Notes under the pieces: model-generated
The model's database searches: none
What the model saw: only the letters and a program-made list of their open reading frames with translations
Told to the model about the DNA's origin: nothing
Source of the DNA: Podarcis bocagei
Lineage: Eukaryota
Strand: one strand, 5' to 3'
DNA length: 64,000 bases
NCBI GenBank assembly: GCA_964188305.1
Contig: OZ076893.1
Made by a program: the position numbers and the translations under genes
In this document: one piece after another, positions 61,206-64,000 of the stretch
Position numbering within the stretch: the stretch's first letter is position 1
Layout: every line of letters starts with the position of its first letter

Positions 61206-62731
61206 ACATAACTACTTACCTGGAAGGGCAGACACCTTGATCATGCCTTGACTACCTCTTGTAGGAATGGGACTAACTTGTCCCATGGGTTTCAATGAAG
61301 ACTAAATCATCATACAGTGTCCTCTGGAGCCAACTGTTTCTGTTTATACGCCCCTCCCACGCAAAGGAAAAACGGAATTATGTCTTCATAACCCGTAAAA
61401 GCAGTGTGAGACTTGAAAACACATATATTCACCCCCCCTCCATTTTAAGTTTTGTTATAAACTTGGGAAAATAAGGTTTTATGAAAATGCTCACTGCTGT
61501 TGCTACTAGTGGATACTACGATGAGAGTTCTAGCAGAATTACCAAATGCAGTGTAAAGTAATAGACAAGAGCAGAGCAATCCTATAAATCCTTACTCAGA
61601 AGTAGGTCCTACTGTGTTCAACGGACCTTACTCTCAGGGAAGCAGGGATAGGATCACAGCCTGAGTACCAAGCAAAGGTGCAGCAAAACTGGGTAACGTT
61701 GATTTCTGAGTCATACATGACCCTGGGTCCTACGTACTACAGAAACTAGTCAACCAACACACTGGAACTGTGTACATTTACAGATTTTGAACCGTTCTTT
61801 GGGAAAATAACGGCTTATTGGGGTGTGGAATTTAANNNNNNNNNNNNNNNNNNNNNNNNNNNNNNNNNNNNNNNNNNNNNNNNNNNNNNNNNNNNNNNNN
61901 NNNNNNNNNNNNNNNNNNNNNNNNNNNNNNNNNNNNNNNNNNNNNNNNNNNNNNNNNNNNNNNNNNNNNNNNNNNNNNNNNNNNNNNNNNNNNNNNNNNT
62001 ACAGTGGGTTTCAGCCACCAGACACATATTCAATACAAATCAAGCAGCCTGCATATTATCCAGCTTAATGTGAGTCTACTTGTGATATTTTATCGCCCCT
62101 TCACAATGGTGGCTTAGAGAACTATATTTTCTATAAGATCGGGGGCAGAGACCAGAACCTTCTAATGACCCCATGTTGATTTCTTAATGAAGCTATCCAT
62201 CTGCATTATTTACCTGTAGCTGGCAATTACTCACGGAGTTAATCATTTTTCTATAATATAAGCTTTCTGTGTATGTAGCAAAATCAGCAAACTGGTACAG
62301 AGACAATATACATGGCATTGATAAACCAATGAATTTTAAAAGGTCCATATGGATTTCCAAAGACATGACATAATAGGACTCTCTCATGCACTACCATAAG
62401 TGGTTTTCCAGCACTGATAATATCTGACATCATGTCTTTTCAAATAAGCAAATCATATCTGGTTATTATCTTGGGATTTCCACCAATAATTCTTGTCAAT
62501 TGTCTCTTGATTTAGGCACACCATTGAGGGAAGACCCAGTATGATGTGGCAAAACCTGCATTAATGATCAGGAAGAGAACAGTAATTTTCAGGGGTCTCC
62601 ATGGTGACCATAAAATGTGTATAAAGACTCTAAAGGCACATTATACTTCTGATAAAGTGTGAATGTGATAAACAGGTGTGCGAAAACACACTGATAATAT
62701 AAGTACACTCCTCAAGATCGTTTGCAGCAAG

Positions 62732-63141
62732 TAGGGATGGAAGAATCTGTCAGTTTCATTTCTTTCAGTTTCTCATTTTTTCCAATCTCAAATTCAGCTC
62801 TCTACATTTCTTCAGTACTTTGCAGATTAAAACAAACAAACATGAACATTCTTCAGCATTTTAGTGCAAACTCCTCCTAATAGAGACATTTGTGTATGCC
62901 ATTTTGACTAAAGTGCAAATTTTTGCAAGCAATTTCTCTTAATGGGCTGTATTTTCACAAATACGTTCGTTTTTGCACATGCTTCCACCTCATAGATGCA
63001 TTTTTGTGAACACTGGTTGTGGTTGGAGAACTGTAAATTTTAAAGGGAAGCTGTGTTTCAGCTCGCCCATTGTTTTGGAAACTGCAAATTTTATAGATTT
63101 GCATTTAAATGTGAACTAAATCAGATTTCTCCCCATCCTGA
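62732..63141. mobile_element. Best-preserved copy of the abundant MITE-like repeat (probably hAT)
   Basis: TAGGGATGGAAGAATCTG / CAGATTTCTCCCCATCCTGA imperfect TIRs; 8-bp flanks GCAGCAAG / GCAGCTGC partly match. Confidence 0.6.
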
Positions 63142-63479
63142 GCAGCTGCCTCTCAAATGAACACTGTTGGGTGGGTTGGTGTGTAAGCTACATGTGATGA
63201 GTGAGGAGTGTGCATGAGCATGCTAGTTCTGCTTACCCCTTCCTCATCACTGTTGACCTCTGCATGTTGCAGACCTATTGGCTACAAAGGAATACCTCTT
63301 TGACTAATGGAGATGCCTGCACATTTTTGAAACCCTGGAAAAATCAACGTTCTGAGATATGTGGGCACTTCCATGAGTACTTGAAGTTTCTTCCCCACTT
63401 CAGATACATGGGGGAGCCTGACAGGGATGGAGGTGCAGAGCTAAAGGACTCACACATACTCTCGCCATCTCATGTGCTA

Positions 63480-63917
63480 CCGTATTTTTCATCCTATAGG
63501 GCGCACCGGCCCATAGGACGCACCTCGTTTTTTGGGGGGGGGGATGCGAGGCTTCCAGACACTCGCCCAAAGCACGGGGAGCCCTCCGGAGGGCTCCCCG
63601 TGCTTCGGGCGACAGGCTGCCACCCCAAGCCTCGCACGCTCGGCGGGACCTCCTGCCGGGTGCGCAAGGCTTGTGGACACTCGCTGGGGCTGCAGGCTGC
63701 TGCCCGCAAGCCTTGTAAGCCTGCGGGAACTCCCACCGGGCTTGCAAGGCTTGCGGATAGCTTCCTGAAGCCTGGAGAGCAAGAGGGGTCAGTGCGCACC
63801 GATGCCTCTCACTCTCCAGGCTTCAGCGAAAGCCTGCATTCGCCCCATAAGACGCACCCCGATTTCCCCTTCATTTTTGGAGGGGAAAAAGTGCGTCTTA
63901 TGGGGCAAAAAATACGG
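63480..63917. mobile_element. Tc1/mariner-superfamily (Tc2/pogo-like) MITE
   Basis: TIRs CCGTATTTTT / AAAAATACGG with TA on both sides; subterminal CCCATA(A/G)GACGCAC repeats; GC-rich internal palindromes. Confidence 0.88.
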
Positions 63918-64000
63918 TAATTAAATCCTAATCAGAATGCCCAGATTGAATTTATGTTCTATTGCAAAGCGGGGGAACCTTCTGAGACCCACCTACCCAC

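Noticed and set aside
63201-63920. 239-aa ORF and overlapping reverse ORFs
   Set aside because: They arise from the GC-rich palindromic interior of a MITE; no transposase or other motif.

Overview
Repeat-rich vertebrate genomic DNA, very probably from a squamate (likely lacertid) lizard, judging by Sauria-type SINEs, Squam3-like SINEs and Bov-B fragments. No host exon is recognisable in the visible sequence. Six exon-sized N blocks (131-180 nt) in the right half may hide one. The dominant feature is a young, full-length Tf1/sushi-type chromoviral Gypsy retrotransposon on the minus strand (3178-8627). It has 408-bp LTRs differing at 2 sites, a 5-bp TSD (ATCAC), gag, and a -1-frameshifted pol broken once in RNase H. 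Three solo Gypsy LTRs with perfect 5-bp TSDs are also present. The most notable observation is the integrase C-terminus. It continues past the chromodomain into two tandem acidic F...[FL]xGF motifs that resemble LEDGF-IBD/TFIIS-N-domain-interacting motifs. It then reads through the PPT and all of U3 into R. This LTR-encoded tail is conserved at protein level in divergent solo LTRs (8 synonymous vs 2 conservative codon changes in 36 codons) and overlaps an 11-nt self-primer. The window also holds a frameshift pseudoknot with an atypical slippery site, a Penelope fragment with a minimal hammerhead ribozyme, two highly structured TTGCG...CGCAA elements, nested CR1>L1>hAT insertions, many MITEs and microsatellites. 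Family names are assigned from recalled consensus features, not from database searches.
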